A DNA stretch of 64,000 nt from Chiloscyllium plagiosum (lineage: Eukaryota), in contig NC_057735.1 of NCBI RefSeq assembly GCF_004010195.1, positions 39,979,600 to 40,043,599 on the forward strand. Direction: 5' to 3'. The notes below the pieces were generated by a model that searched no databases, was not told the DNA's origin, and was given only the letters and a program-made list of their open reading frames with translations. Positions 38,967 to 51,790 of this stretch are shown here, in pieces (the first letter of the stretch is position 1; every line of letters starts with the position of its first letter). The position numbers and the translations under genes were made by a program.

Positions 38967-39904
38967 TTTTTCTGTGTGATATAGTTTATGATTCTGTATT
39001 TCTCATGCTTCATTATTGATGGGATTATATGAGGCTACTAGTCTGAAAAGATCAAATGAAGCGTGCCATTAAAGGGTATGTGCCTCCGAATTGGTCTTGT
39101 GTCTGAGAGAATAGCCAAGATGGATCCTTCCTTCAACACTGCCCTTCCTTCCTGCGTGAGGATTGGTGTGTCGACAGTGAAATGCTAATCCTCTGGTGTC
39201 TCTTCCTGCCAGCACAGCTGAGATAAGGAAAGTTAAAAATAAATGTGAAATTCCATTGAGATATAGCTGAAAAGCCAGAGCAATGTGTCCCAGGCTTCAC
39301 TGGAGAGCATGATATGTGATAGAGTAGAAATCTAAAACCCCACGTTGAAACTCTGGTGTAAGGTTCAGATGAAGAATTGAATTGGTGGGCCCATCTTAAA
39401 CACCTTGCTAATATGGTGACCTTACCATATCACCTGTACTGTGACATTAGAAAAATGTCTCCAACCACAGAGTCCTGTTTTATTGCTCATTATATCTATG
39501 AGAGAATGACCTTTAATTTTAAACTGATTTAATTACAATACAACACAATGTGATGACTTTGATCGCATTTTGTGAGACTATTTAATTGCATATAATAAAA
39601 AGCCTTATTTGATGGAGATCTTTTTGTCAATTCTGTAAAAAAAAGTCTGAAGTGTTTCACACATGATGAATTGCTTTGTACTACTCTGCTGTACAGAGGG
39701 ATTTCTTTTTTGACAACTATCCTATACATAGCTGTATATTATTAACAGTGACTAGATAATGGATAATTAATCAGTTTCAGAGTGATTCTGTTTGAGAGGT
39801 AATGGTTGTTCAGTTTTTCTTTGAAAAATGCCTTGAGGAAGCCAACAGTTGCAATGAACTAAATTACTCTTGCTTCTGAGTCAGAGGCTTTAGGTTTAAA
39901 AGAC

Positions 39905-40198
39905 TGATAGATTAGATTCCTTACAGTATGGAACCAGGCCCTTTGGCTCAACAAATCCACACCAACCATCCGAAGACTAACCCACCCAGACTCTTTCTCC
40001 TACCCTACACTGACCCCTGACTAATGCACCCATCACTGTGGGCAGTTCAGCATGGCCAATTCACCTGGCTTGCACATCTTTAGATTGTGGGAGGAAACCC
40101 ACACAGACACGGGGAGAACGTGCAAACTCCACACAATCAGTCGCCTGAGGTGGGAATCGAACCCGGGTCCCTGGCACTGTGAGCCACCGTGCCACCCC
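39905..40198 (-). mobile_element. HE1 SINE
   Basis: Tail and body homologous to the other copies. Confidence 0.85.
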
Positions 40199-40562
40199 AT
40201 AGTCTACTCTAGCTTTTCAGCATATAGTCTAGGCAGGCACTCCAATGCAATAATGAAGGAGTGCTGCAATGTCCGAGGTGCCAGTCTTCAGATTCCAGCC
40301 TCAGGCAACTGTCTGTGTGGAGCTTGCACATTCTCCCTGTGTCTGTGTGGGTTTCTACCCACAGTCCAAACATGTGCAGATTAGGTGGATTGGGCATGGA
40401 AATGCAGGGTTACGGTGATAGAGTGGGATAGTCTTTGGAGGGTCAATGTGGACTTGATGGACTGAATAGCCTGCAAACACACTGTAAAGATTCTATGATC
40501 CCACAGGAGAAGAAACAGCGTGAGAATGTTACTTTTCTCCAAGTTGCTTTCTTAATTTAAAT

Positions 40563-40739
40563 AAAGTCAGAAATCACCTGATGCCAGGTTATAATCCAAC
40601 AGGTTTATTTGAAATCACCAACTTTTGCATCAGGTGAAGTCACTGACTTGTACTTCCAAATAAACCTGTTGGATTATAACTTGGTGTCATGTGACTTCTG
40701 ACTTTGTCTACCCCAGTTCAACACCGGCACCTCCACATC
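40563..40739. mobile_element. PLE pLTR hairpin (family B) with TSD
   Basis: Inverted arms about 40563-40615 and 40650-40705; tcttaattt repeated on both flanks. Confidence 0.75.
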
Positions 40740-40879
40740 TTAATTTTAAAAAGACTTAGCTATGCTATAAAAGTCCCACATATTTTAAGGGTTTAGGGTT
40801 TCTCTCTTCAGTATATACACTTCCCCACTTAAGGCAGTGTATAAGATATTGAAGTTAATTTTGGTTGTAACAGAAACAC

Positions 40880-41468
40880 ACACATACACATGCAATCTCT
40901 CCCTCTCTCTCTCTCCAACACAGACACTTCCACACATTCCCTCCTTCTCCCTCACACACACATATAAGTCAATGTGATGAGATTGCGTTTGCAGGCTTGT
41001 ATTTGCAGATATGTTCTATTTTGTTCAAAAAGCACATAATCAGGAGGCAGTCAGTTAATGTGGCATTTTATAAGTTTTTACTTTGGAAACAGAACCAGTC
41101 TGATTCACGGTTGGGATACAGACAGACTCCAACCTCACACTTTTAATACATTGTCTGAGCTGAGGTGTCTTTTTTTTATATACTGATAAAACCTTAAGTT
41201 ATCTTGGAGCCATGACTTGAAAGAAATTATGGGATTTACATATTAATCAATCGAAACCTCCATTCCCATTCTTAGTGACTAAAGACTTGACAGCAATCTA
41301 GGTTTGTTCAATACAATGCATCAGTTGTATGACACTTTGATCTTTTACTATAAATTCTATGTTCTATGATCCTGCCACACTAGCTACCTGATGATGGAGC
41401 AGCACTCTGAAAGCTTGTACTTTCAAATAAACCTGTTGGACTATAACCTGTGTTGTGTGAATTTTAAC
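40880..41468 (+). mobile_element. Longer PLE 3' region (family B) with hammerhead motif at 41388-41417
   Basis: (CA)/(CT) tract, then sequence ending ctgatgatggagcagcactctgaaagcttg...aataaacctgttggactataacctg. Confidence 0.65.
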
Positions 41469-41924
41469 ATTAAAATTGATAGCATCTGTATATCATCTCC
41501 ATGTCCACTTACAGGTTTGTTTTGCTAGTTACAACAAATTTTTTTATGGTTGATTCCTACATGAATATTTTAATATTTATTGTGTTCTAACTGATTAATT
41601 ATGCTAATTTCCAAATCAAACCTAAATTGCTAACAAAAACAGAAATTGCTGGAAAAGCTCTGCAGGTCTAGCAGCTCTGTGGAGAGAAGTCAGAGTTAAC
41701 ATTTTAGGATCTAGTGATCCTTCCTCAGAATGTCTAACCAGATATCACTACATGTACTCCTTCATTTCTGGCCTCTTGCTTTTCTCCATTTGTGGTAGTA
41801 GTGCCTTATATCTGCCTAAATTCTAAGCTGTTCAATTCTCTTCCTAAATATCATCTCTGCCTCTTTCTTCTCATTTTAAAATGCACCTTAAAACTCCTTC
41901 TGACCAAGCTGTTGTCTATCTCAT

Positions 41925-42215
41925 AGATACCCTACACAGTGAAAGCAGACCATTCGATCCATCAAGTCCACACCAATCCTCTGAAGAGCATCCAACTCAG
42001 ACCTAGCTCCCTACCCTATCCTTGTAACCCTGCAATCCCCATGGCTGACCCACCTTGCCTGCACATCTTTGGACTGTGGGAGGAAACCAGAGCCCCCCGG
42101 AGAAAACCCATGCAAACATGTGGAGAATGTGCAAACTCCACACAGTCAGTAGCTCAAGGCTGGAATGGAACTCAGGTCCCTGGTGCTGTAAGGCAACAGT
42201 GCTAACCACTGAGCT
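41925..42215 (-). mobile_element. HE1-type SINE
   Basis: V-SINE body ggagaatgtgcaaactccacacag; head cagtgctaaccactgagc. Confidence 0.82.
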
Positions 42216-42422
42216 ATCATTCTGCCCTTTGGATTAATGTTTCCTTTTGCAACTGTATTTGTGACATTTTAATGTGGTAAATACATTCTCTGTGTGAAAC
42301 AACGATTATTTTAAAATGTGTTTGATGTGCTTCTGACGCTTGTAGACTTATAATAAGTGCTGTATTGATGAGGTTGAATACTTTTTTTTGCTCTGTCCAA
42401 TACCTGCTTCTTTCTTTTCCAG

Positions 42423-42957
42423 GCAACGCATGCCATCTGCTTTCTTCAAATTCCAGTTCAAAAACGTAGAATATTCTTCAGGACGGCACAAAACCTTTTT
42501 GTGCTATTCAGTGGAGAAGCAGGGCACGGAATGTGAGAGGTCAGAGGGATATGTGGAGGATGAGCACGCGGGCACCCATGCAGAAAGTGCCTTCTTCACA
42601 GATATCTTCACGGAGTGTGATGGGAGCCTGAGCTACTCCATCATTTGGTATGTGTCCTCCAGTCCCTGCGCGGTGTGTGCTGCCAAAATCGCTGAGTACC
42701 TGAGCAATTCCCCCAATGTGGAGCTCACCATCTTCATGGCACGCTTGTTCATGTGGGAAGAGGCCGAAATTCATCAGGGCCTACGGCAACTGCAAGCAGC
42801 TGGCTGCCGGTTGAGAATCATGAAGGCACCAGAGTATAATTACTGCTGGAACACCTACGTTGACAATGAAGGGGAGGCTTTTACACCTTGGGAGGACCTT
42901 CAAGACAGCAGCATATTCTATGAAGAAAAACTACATGAAATTTTACAACAAGCCTAG
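42423..42957 (+). CDS. APOBEC2: APOBEC2 coding exon 2: zinc-dependent cytidine deaminase domain
   Basis: Polypyrimidine tract plus ag acceptor at 42421-22; FFKFQFKNVEYSSGRHKTFLCY, HAE, WYVSSSPCAVC, ARLFMWEE, PWEDLQD..FYEEKL.EIL, colinear with mammalian APOBEC2; TAG at 42955-57; donor gtgagg at 42961. Confidence 0.97.
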
Positions 42958-43679
42958 AAGGTGAGGACTTTGCCAGAATTTTGGCTTGCCACTGTGCTGA
43001 TGGTTTTGATTTTTACCTCCCAGTCTAGCGTTTACTTTCTTCATTCATTGGTGGTTTGTGTATATTTCTGGCAAGGCCTCCATCCCCAGTAGCATTTGAG
43101 TGGACTTGCTACGCTGTTTCAGAGGACTGTGAAGAGTCAACTGTATTGCCATGGGTCAAGCATTACATATAGGCTAGATCAGGTAAGGACAGCAGATTTC
43201 CATCCCAAAAGCATATCAGTGAAACAGGTGGATTTTAACAACAAGAAAAAGTAGTTATCACTACTGAGGCCATCTTTGTATTCCAGATGTATTTGTTTAA
43301 TTTAAATTCCACTAACGTTGAGGGATATTTGAACCCATAGAACATAGAATATTACAGAGCAGTACAGGCCCTTGATGTTGCGCTGACCTGTGAAACCAAT
43401 CTGAAGCCCATCTAACCTACACTATTCCATTCTCATCCATATATTTATCCAATGACAACTTAAATGCCCTTAAACTTGACGAGTCTACTACTGCTGCAGG
43501 CAGAGCGTTCCATGCCCTTACTACTCTCTGAGGAAAGAACCTACTTCTGACATCTGTCCTATATCTATCACCCCTCAATTTAAAGGAATGTCCCCTCGTG
43601 CTAGCCATCACCATCCGAGGAAAAAGGCTCTCACTGTCCACCCTATCTAATCCTCTGATCATCTTCTGTGCCTCTATTA

Positions 43680-44008
43680 TTAGATTACTTAGATTACTTT
43701 AGATTAGATTACTTTACAGTGTGGAAACAGGCCCTTCGGCCCAACAAGTCCACACCGACCCGCCGAAGCGCAAACCACTCATACCCCTACATTTACCCCT
43801 TACCTAACACTACGGACAATTTAGCATGCCAATTCACCTGACCTGCACATCTTTGGAACTGTGGGAGGAAACCGGAGCACCCGGAGGAAACCCACGCAGA
43901 CATGGGGAGAATGTGCAAACTCCACACAGTCAGTCGCCTGAGGCGGGAATTGAACCCGGGTCTCTGGCGCTGTGAGGCAGCAGTGCTAACTGCTGTGCCA
44001 CCGTGCCA
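43680..44008 (-). mobile_element. Young HE1 SINE nested in CR1
   Basis: Near-consensus sequence with ttagattac tail. Confidence 0.9.
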
Positions 44009-44598
44009 CTAAGTCCACCGTTATGTCACCTCTTAACCTTTTTCTCTCTAACAAAACCAGTTTCTCTCTAACAAAACCAGCCTCTAGTACCTCAGACTTT
44101 CTTCATAAGACCTTCCCTCCATACCAGGCAACATCCTAGTAAATCTCCTCTGCACCCTTTCCAAAACTTCCAGATCCTTCCTATAATGCAGCGGTAAGAA
44201 CTGTATGCAATACTTCAACTGTGGCCGCACGAGAGTGTTGTACAGCTGCAACATGATGTCATGACTCTGAAACTCAATCCCTCTACCAATAAAAGCTAAT
44301 ACACTGTATGCCTTCTTAACAACCCTATCAACCTGGGTGACAACTTTCAGGGATCTATGCACATGGACACCAAGATCTCTCTGCTCATCCACACTACCAA
44401 GAATCTTACCATTAACCCAGGATTCTGCATTCCTGTTACTCCTTCCAAAGTGAATCGCCTCACACTTTTCCACATTAAACTCCATTTGCCACCTCTCGGC
44501 CCAGCTCTGCAGCTTACCTATGTCCCTCTGTAACCTGCAACATCCTTTGTCACTATCCACAACTCCACCAACTTTAGTGTTGTCCGTAAATTTACCAA

Positions 44599-44777
44599 AG
44601 CTGAAAATGTGTTGCTTGAAAAGTGCAGCAGGTCAGACAGCATCCAAGGAGCAGGAGAATCGACGTTTCGGGCATGAGCCCTTCTCCTGCTCCTTGGATG
44701 CTGCTTGACCTGCTGCGCTTTTCCAGCAACACATTTTCAGCTCTGATCTCCAGCATCTGCAGTCCTCACTTTCTCCT
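44599..44777 (+). mobile_element. 179-bp PLE-derived hairpin insertion (family A) with 14-bp TSD, nested in CR1
   Basis: cgtaaatttaccaa at 44585-98 and 44778-91; inverted arms about 44599-44659 and 44682-44742. Confidence 0.88.
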
Positions 44778-46200
44778 CGTAAATTTACCAACCCATCCTT
44801 CTATGCCTTCATCCAGGTCATTTATAAAAATGACAAACTGCAGTGGCCCCAAAATAGACCCTTGCAGTACACCACTAGTAACTGAACTCTAGGATGAACA
44901 TTTCCCATCAACCACCACCCTCTGTCTTCTTTCAGCTAACCAAATTCTGATCCAAACTAATAAATCACCCTCAATCCCATGCCTCTGTATTTTTTGCAAT
45001 AGCCTAACTTGGGGAACCTTATCAAATACTTTATTGAAATGCATATATATTACATCAACTGCTTTACTGATATTAAATCCACCTATTTGATCATCTTCTC
45101 AAAGAATGCAATAAGGTTTGTGAGACATGACCTACACAAAACCATGTTGACTATCCCTAATTAAATTATTCCTTCCTAGATGATTATAAATTCTACCTCT
45201 TATAGTCCTTTTCAAGATTTTACCCACCAACCGAAGTAAAGCTCACTAGTCTATAATTCCCAGGGTTGTCCCTACTCCCTTTCTTGTACAAGGGGACAAC
45301 ATTTACTATCCTCCAGTCATCAGGCACTATTCCTGTAGACAATGATGACATAAAGATCAAAGCCAAAGGCTCTGTAATCTCCTTCCTAGCTTCCCAGAGA
45401 ATGCCAGGATAAATCCCATCTGGCCCAGGGGACTTATCTATTTTCACACTTTTCAGAATTGCTAACACCTCCTCCTTATGAACCTCAATCCCATCTAGTC
45501 TAATAGTTTATATCTCAGTATTCTCCTCAACAACATTGTCTTTTTCCTGTGTAAATACTGATGAAAAATATTCATTTAGCACCTTTCCTATGTCTTTGGA
45601 CTCCACGCACAACTTCCCACTACTGTCCTTGACTGGCCCTAATCTTACTGTAGTCATTCTTTTATTCCTGACATATTTATAGAAAGCTTTAGGGTTTTCC
45701 TTGATCTTACTTGCCAACGACTTCTCATTTCCCCTCTGGGCTTTTCTTAGCTCTCTCTTTAAGTCCTTCCTGGCTAACTTTTATCTCTAAAGCCTTCACA
45801 CCTCATCCTTACATAAGCCTTCTTCTTCCTCTTGACAAGAGATTAAACTTCTTTATTAAACTACAGTTCCCTTGCTCGACAACTTCCTCCCTGCCTGACA
45901 GGTACATACTTATCAAGGACCCGCAGTAGCTGTTCCTTGAATAAGCTGCACATTTCGATTGTGCTCATTCCCTGCAGCTTCCTTCCCCATCCTATGCTTC
46001 CCAAACCATACCTAATCGCATCCTAATTGCCTTTCCCCCAGCTATAATTCTTGCCCTGCGGTATATACCTGTCCCTTTCCATTGCTAAAGTAAACATAAT
46101 TGAATTGTGGTCACGATCACCAAGGTGCTCACCTACCTCCAAATCTAACACCTGGCCTGGTTCATTATCCAGTACCAAATCCAAAGTGGCCTTGCCACTT

Positions 46201-46515
46201 TGGGACGTTACGGTGGCACAGTGGTTAGCACTGCTGCCTCACAGCGCCAGAGACACGGGTTCAATTCCCACCTCAGGCGACTCTCTGTGTGGAGGTTGCA
46301 CATTCTCCCCGTGTCTGCGTGGGTTTCCTCCGGGTGCTCCGGTTTCCTCCCACAATCCAAAAATGTGCAGGTTAGGTGAATTGGCCATGCTAAATTGTCC
46401 GTAGTGTTAGGTGAAGGGGTAAATGTAGGAGAATGGGTCTGGGTGGGTTGCGGGTCGGTGTGGACTTGTTGGGCCGAAGGACCTGTTTCCACACTGGAGG
46501 GAATCTAATCTAATC
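46201..46515 (+). mobile_element. Young HE1 SINE nested in CR1
   Basis: Near-identical to 36735-37055. Confidence 0.9.
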
Positions 46516-48527
46516 TCTTGTTTGCCTATCTGTATACTGTGTCAGGAAACCCTCCTGCACACATTGGACAAAAACTGACCCATCCAAATTATTCGAACCA
46601 TAGTACTTGCAGTCAATATTTGGAAAGTTAAAGCCCCCATAACAACTACCCTGTTATTTTCACTCCTATCCAGAATCATCCTTGCAATCCTTTCCTCTAC
46701 ATCTCTGGAACTTTTTGGAGGCCTATAGAAAACTCCCAACAGGGTGACCTCTCCTTTCCTGTTTCTAAATTCACTATTTATTACTTCAGGAGATGAGTCC
46801 TCATCAAATGTCCTTTCTGCCACTGTAATACTGTCTTTGACTAACAATGCCACATCCCTCTTCTTTTACCACCTTCTCTGATCTTACTGAAACATCTAAA
46901 CCCTGGAACCTGCAGCAACCATTCCTGTCCCTGTTCTATCCATGTCTGCAAAATGGCCACAATATCAAAGTCTCAGGTACCAACCCATGCTGCAAGTTCA
47001 CCCACCTTGTTCCATATGCTCCTGGTGTTGATGTGGACACACTTCAAACCACCTTCCTGCCTGCCAGTATACTCCTGTGACCTTTAAACCTTATTCATGA
47101 CCTCACTACACTCCAGCTCTTGTACACTGAAACTATAATTCAAGTTCCCACCCCCCTGCTGAATTATTTTAAACCCTCCCGAAGAGCATTAGCAAATTCC
47201 CCCCCAGGATATTGGTACCCCTCTGGTTAGGTGTAGACCATTCTGTCTGTAAAGGTCACACCTATCCCAGAATTATCCAGGTATGTGAATCCCTCCCTCC
47301 TGCACCCTCCCTGTAGCCATGTGTTCAACTGCTCTCTCTCCCTATTCCTCATCTTGCTAGCACGTGGCACGTGCCCATATGGCTAATGCCCATGTTCAGG
47401 GCATTAGCCTAAATCTTCTGGATTACTAAGCCAGTGACATTATCACCATACCACCCTCTTCCCTTGGCACACTTACCTATTGGTATTGATCAACGAAAGA
47501 TAAGGAACATTAAAAATGCCAACGCTACTAGTTTGGTTAATGTTCCATTGACTTAGCACCAATATATCAGAAAATAAAGAGTTTGAACTCTACACCAGAC
47601 AATCCTGGTGAGTGGACACCACAGCTCTTACTCTGAACCCTATTTAATATTTAGAAATCATATTTAATACCCAAACTAATTATAAAATATAGGAGTCCAT
47701 AACATTATCCTGCCGTGCAAACTGTAAGTCTAAATTGATATAAAAATTGGAGCCATTGAAAGAGTTTCATATTGTGATTTGATAGACTGACAAGCAGCCT
47801 GCAAATTTGTCTATGACTTCACACTGTTGTCTGAGGGAAGAATGTAAACACTGGAAAGCAACCCCAGGAATGGATATAAAATAAGTGCATAGGAAATAAG
47901 GGTAGATCATGGAATGCCGCCATTTGACATGGCCCTGACTGACCTCCTACCCTACCTTCATTTTCCCATGTGTTTCTCATATCCGTCCATTCCCTCAAAG
48001 ATAAAGATTTAGTGATTCCACCTATGAATATGCTCAACAATTGACCATTCACAATTTACTGTGTTAGAAAATTCCTAAGATTCACAATCCTTATTGAGAA
48101 ATTTTATCCCCACTCTTACTCTAAATTCACCAACCAGGAGGAGTAATCTTTTTGTGTCTGTCTAATTTTGAGCCTCTTCAGAATCATGTATATTTAAATC
48201 ACCTCTCTTTTCACTTAAACTATAGAGAGCAGAGACCTAATTAACTCATCATCTTCCCATCATAGGATGACCTGTCACTTCAGCACACAATCTAGTAAAC
48301 CACTGGAATACTTTCTGTTCATATTTTTCTCATTGTGTTTCTAAATGGCAGCATTTGAGGCATATTTTAAACTTCCCTTTCCCTTGCTTCCAGGACAAAT
48401 GAATCCTTTCTAAGATATAAATACCAAAATTGTATTGTATTTCAGGGATGAGCTTAGCAAAGTCCTTCACAAATTCACAACCGTTCTCCTTTTTGTACTC
48501 CCTTACTCTAAAGACCAATATGTAATG

Positions 48528-48817
48528 ATTAGATTACCGACAGTGTGGAAACAGACCATTCAGCCCAACAAGTCCACACTGGTCTTCCAAAGAGTAACCC
48601 ACCCAGACCCATTTCCCTCTGACTAATGCACCTAACACTATGGGTAATTTAGCATGGCCAATCCACCTGACCTCCACATCTTTGGACTGTGGGAGGAAAC
48701 CCACGCAGACACAGGGAGAATGTGCAAACTCAACACAGACAGTCACCCAAGGCTGGAATTGAACCCAGGTCCCTGGTATTGTGAGGCTGCAGTGCTAACC
48801 ACTGGACCACTGTGCCA
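48528..48817 (-). mobile_element. HE1 SINE
   Basis: Same family hallmarks. Confidence 0.87.
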
Positions 48818-51139
48818 CATTTATCTTCCTCCTTAATTGTTTAATGTTTCTGCAAGCCAATTTTCAGCATTGAATTTTCCCTACATGATAAACATCAGTT
48901 ACCTTGTTGCCAATTCATATAACTAGCCTTTATCTCTTTGTAGTCTATTTGTGTCCTCCTCAAATTACTACCTGGCATTACATCATCAGGAACTCTTGGT
49001 CTCTCCATCCAAATCATTAATATAGATTGTAAGCTCAGATCCTTGAGGTAATTATTGACAACGTCTGACAATACCTTGATTTATCAGTTGATTAAAACCA
49101 CCTTAATATCAGACCCCAGTCTTTTCTAGACACTTGGTGTCATGCTAACTGATCTGGGGTTCCCTGTTTCTATTCCTCCTCATTTCTTGAATCACGGTGT
49201 TAAAGTTGCTGGCTAACGAAGGCTTTTGCCTGAAACGTCGATTTTACTGCTCCTCGGATGCTGCCTGAGCTGCTGTGCTTTTCCAGCACCACTAATCCAG
49301 AATAAAATTGCTAGCTACCAATCACAGAGGCCTTTCCACCATCCAGGGAATTTTGGAAAATCAAAACTCGTGCTTTACCACCTTTCTTGTTTCCTTTCTT
49401 GTGCAAACTTTGGACAGTAAAACAACAGGGCAAAATCAGTAAACTGTTTATCTGACTATGAGTATTTGCAATATGGCTCGTGGACAACTAGTACAAAGGA
49501 ACACATCTTCCATCATTTTTACTGTGAGATCAGCAGTGTTGTACGTATATGTGATTTTTCCTCTCAATTACTCTAATGTGGCCTTGTTTGTGGTTTGTCA
49601 AAATAAATAGTTAATTAATAGGCTATGATAGCAGCAAGCACAGGTCTTGTGATACAATGGTAGCATTCCTAGCTCTGAACCAGAAGCTCTGGGTTCAAGT
49701 CCCAGTCCAGGACTTGTTGGCCAAGAGGATTTGTTCATGACATGGCCAAGCAAATTGATTATTAGGCCTGTAAGTCCTCTCAGTATGGCAGACGATAACA
49801 GTGGGGGTTCTTTCTGATTAGCTAAACAGGCAACAGTAAACCACTGCAGTACTTTGTCCATTAGCGTGGAAACAAATCATATCCTTCCAACTTGCATTGA
49901 ACCTCACTGGAGCACTGCAGCGGGCCCAAGACCTTCATACCCGTTATGTCAACTTACTTCCTACTTCCACTAACTACACCATTCTCCTTCACCTACTATA
50001 CCAATTCATTGAGTATCTAGAATGAGTGAACCGCCAACAACTATCAAGAAACTCAACATCAATCAGGCCAAAGCAACCTGCTTGACGGGTACCCTATCCA
50101 GCATCTTCAACATTCATTTCCTTTACATCACTATGTGGTGGAGCAATGTTTACAAAACACACAGTGACAACTCATTAAGGTTCCTTATACTGTACCTTCA
50201 AACCCTTGATCTCTACCAGCTAGAAGGACAAGGACAGTAGATGCATGGGATCAGGGGCTACTGAAATCCGAAGCTCAGGGATGGTTACTGTGCTTGGGAC
50301 TGGGTTGTGGGGTGTTCAGGTCAGAGGCTGGGGATATGAACCAGGAACAGCACCTGGTCTCATGATGTCTGTCCCTAACACACTGTGAGTGTTCCTATAA
50401 CCCAAGTTCTGCAGCAGTTTCAAATTGGCAGCCCATTACAAAATTCCCAGAAGCAATTAGGGAAGGACAAGAAATGGTGGCCTAGCCAGTGATGCTCTCA
50501 TCCCACGAATATTTTTTTAAAATATCCAAAAGTACTTATGCATGTAGGAGAAAATATCATTCTGCTAGTTAAATTGTTAAATTGCAGACAACCCTACATT
50601 TGAAAAGCACTCTAATGCATCAATATACAGTTGACTTTTCTGGACACTTATTGACAGTCCTTGACATTTTCCACAGAACGGGATAGGACTTATCCCATGA
50701 CCATTTCTGCAGAGGCCTGTTACTTTTCCAAAGGGGTACCTTGTCTATCCAAAAGAAACTAATCTACTGGTCTAATCACCACAATCACATTCCAAACATT
50801 AGGGAATGCATGATCTGATTTCATTGAAAGCAGGTGGCCATGTCAGTGTGAACAACTGGAAATAAACAAGAACCCTTCAATCCTCAGAGATGCTCTCTCT
50901 ATGTCCTGGTGAAAATGGGGCCTAGTGTACATTGACATTTTTTTTTGTTAATGTTTAACCTGCTACACTGTGTTAAAAAATAACAGTCATACAATTATTG
51001 ATTTTTCTGACTAGACTTGAGAATGATTTGAATTGTACAAAGCCAGTGTGGGATGTTAGTGCTTTCAGGTTTATTCCTGTTTGGAGTGAGAGCAGCTTCT
51101 GGTTATGAATTAAAGGCATTACTTCGGAATACAATGTTA

Positions 51140-51790
51140 ATAAATGTGAATTCATGCATTTTGGTAAGAGTAATAGTAAAAAGGATTATTACTTGAATGG
51201 TAAATAGTTGCAGTATGCTGCTAAGCAGAGGGGTGTGGTTCCCTTGTGCATGAATCACAGAAGGTTGGTCTGCAGGTACAACAAATAATTAAGAAAGCAA
51301 GTGGAACTTTGTCCTTCATTGCTAAAGGGATGGAGTTTAAAAGCAGGGACGTTATTTTGCAGTTGTACTATAGTCATTGGAATTCAGAAAAATTAGGAGA
51401 GATATTGTAGAACATATAAAATTAGGAAGGGAATAGATAGGTTAGAAGTGGAGAAAATGTTCCCACTGGTGGGTGAAGCTAGGACAAGAGGGCATAGCCT
51501 CAAGATTAGAGGGAGCAGATTTAGGACCGAATTGAGAAAGAACTTCTTCACCCAGAGGGTTGTTAATTTATGGAATTCTTTGCCCAGTGAAGTAGTTGAA
51601 GCTATTTCAGTATACATTTTTAAAGCTCAGGTCTATTTCTTTAGACCAATAAAGGAATTAAGGGATATGGTGAAAACATGGGTAAGTGGAGCTGAGTCCA
51701 TGAAAAGATCAGCCATGATCTTATTGAGTGGCGGAGCAGGCTCGATGGGCCGGACGGCCTACTCCTGCTGCAAGTTCTTATATTCTTATG
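51140..51790 (+). mobile_element. CR1 3' fragment (different subfamily, internal deletion)
   Basis: MFPLVGEARTRGHSLKIRGSRFRTELRKNFFTQRVVNLWNSLP; ttcttat tail. Confidence 0.88.

Larger units (their letters stand above)
43336..47370 (-). mobile_element. Long decayed CR1/HER1 LINE (ORF1 3' remnant, APE endonuclease, RT, 3' tail)
   Basis: LLGVFYRPP..RVVVMG (EN), IKENPKAFYKYV, KSPGPDGIYP, NYRLVSFTSV, WAERWQMEFN; tail catagaacatagaa; multiple stops and three nested insertions. Confidence 0.92.

Noticed and set aside
42388-42422. TTG start and N-terminal MLCPIPASFFSR of the 189-aa ORF
   Set aside because: It is the intron polypyrimidine tract and acceptor; the real N-terminus is exon 1 at 32789
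44041-44080. 20-bp perfect tandem duplication in CR1
   Set aside because: Ordinary slippage in a dead element; no functional implication
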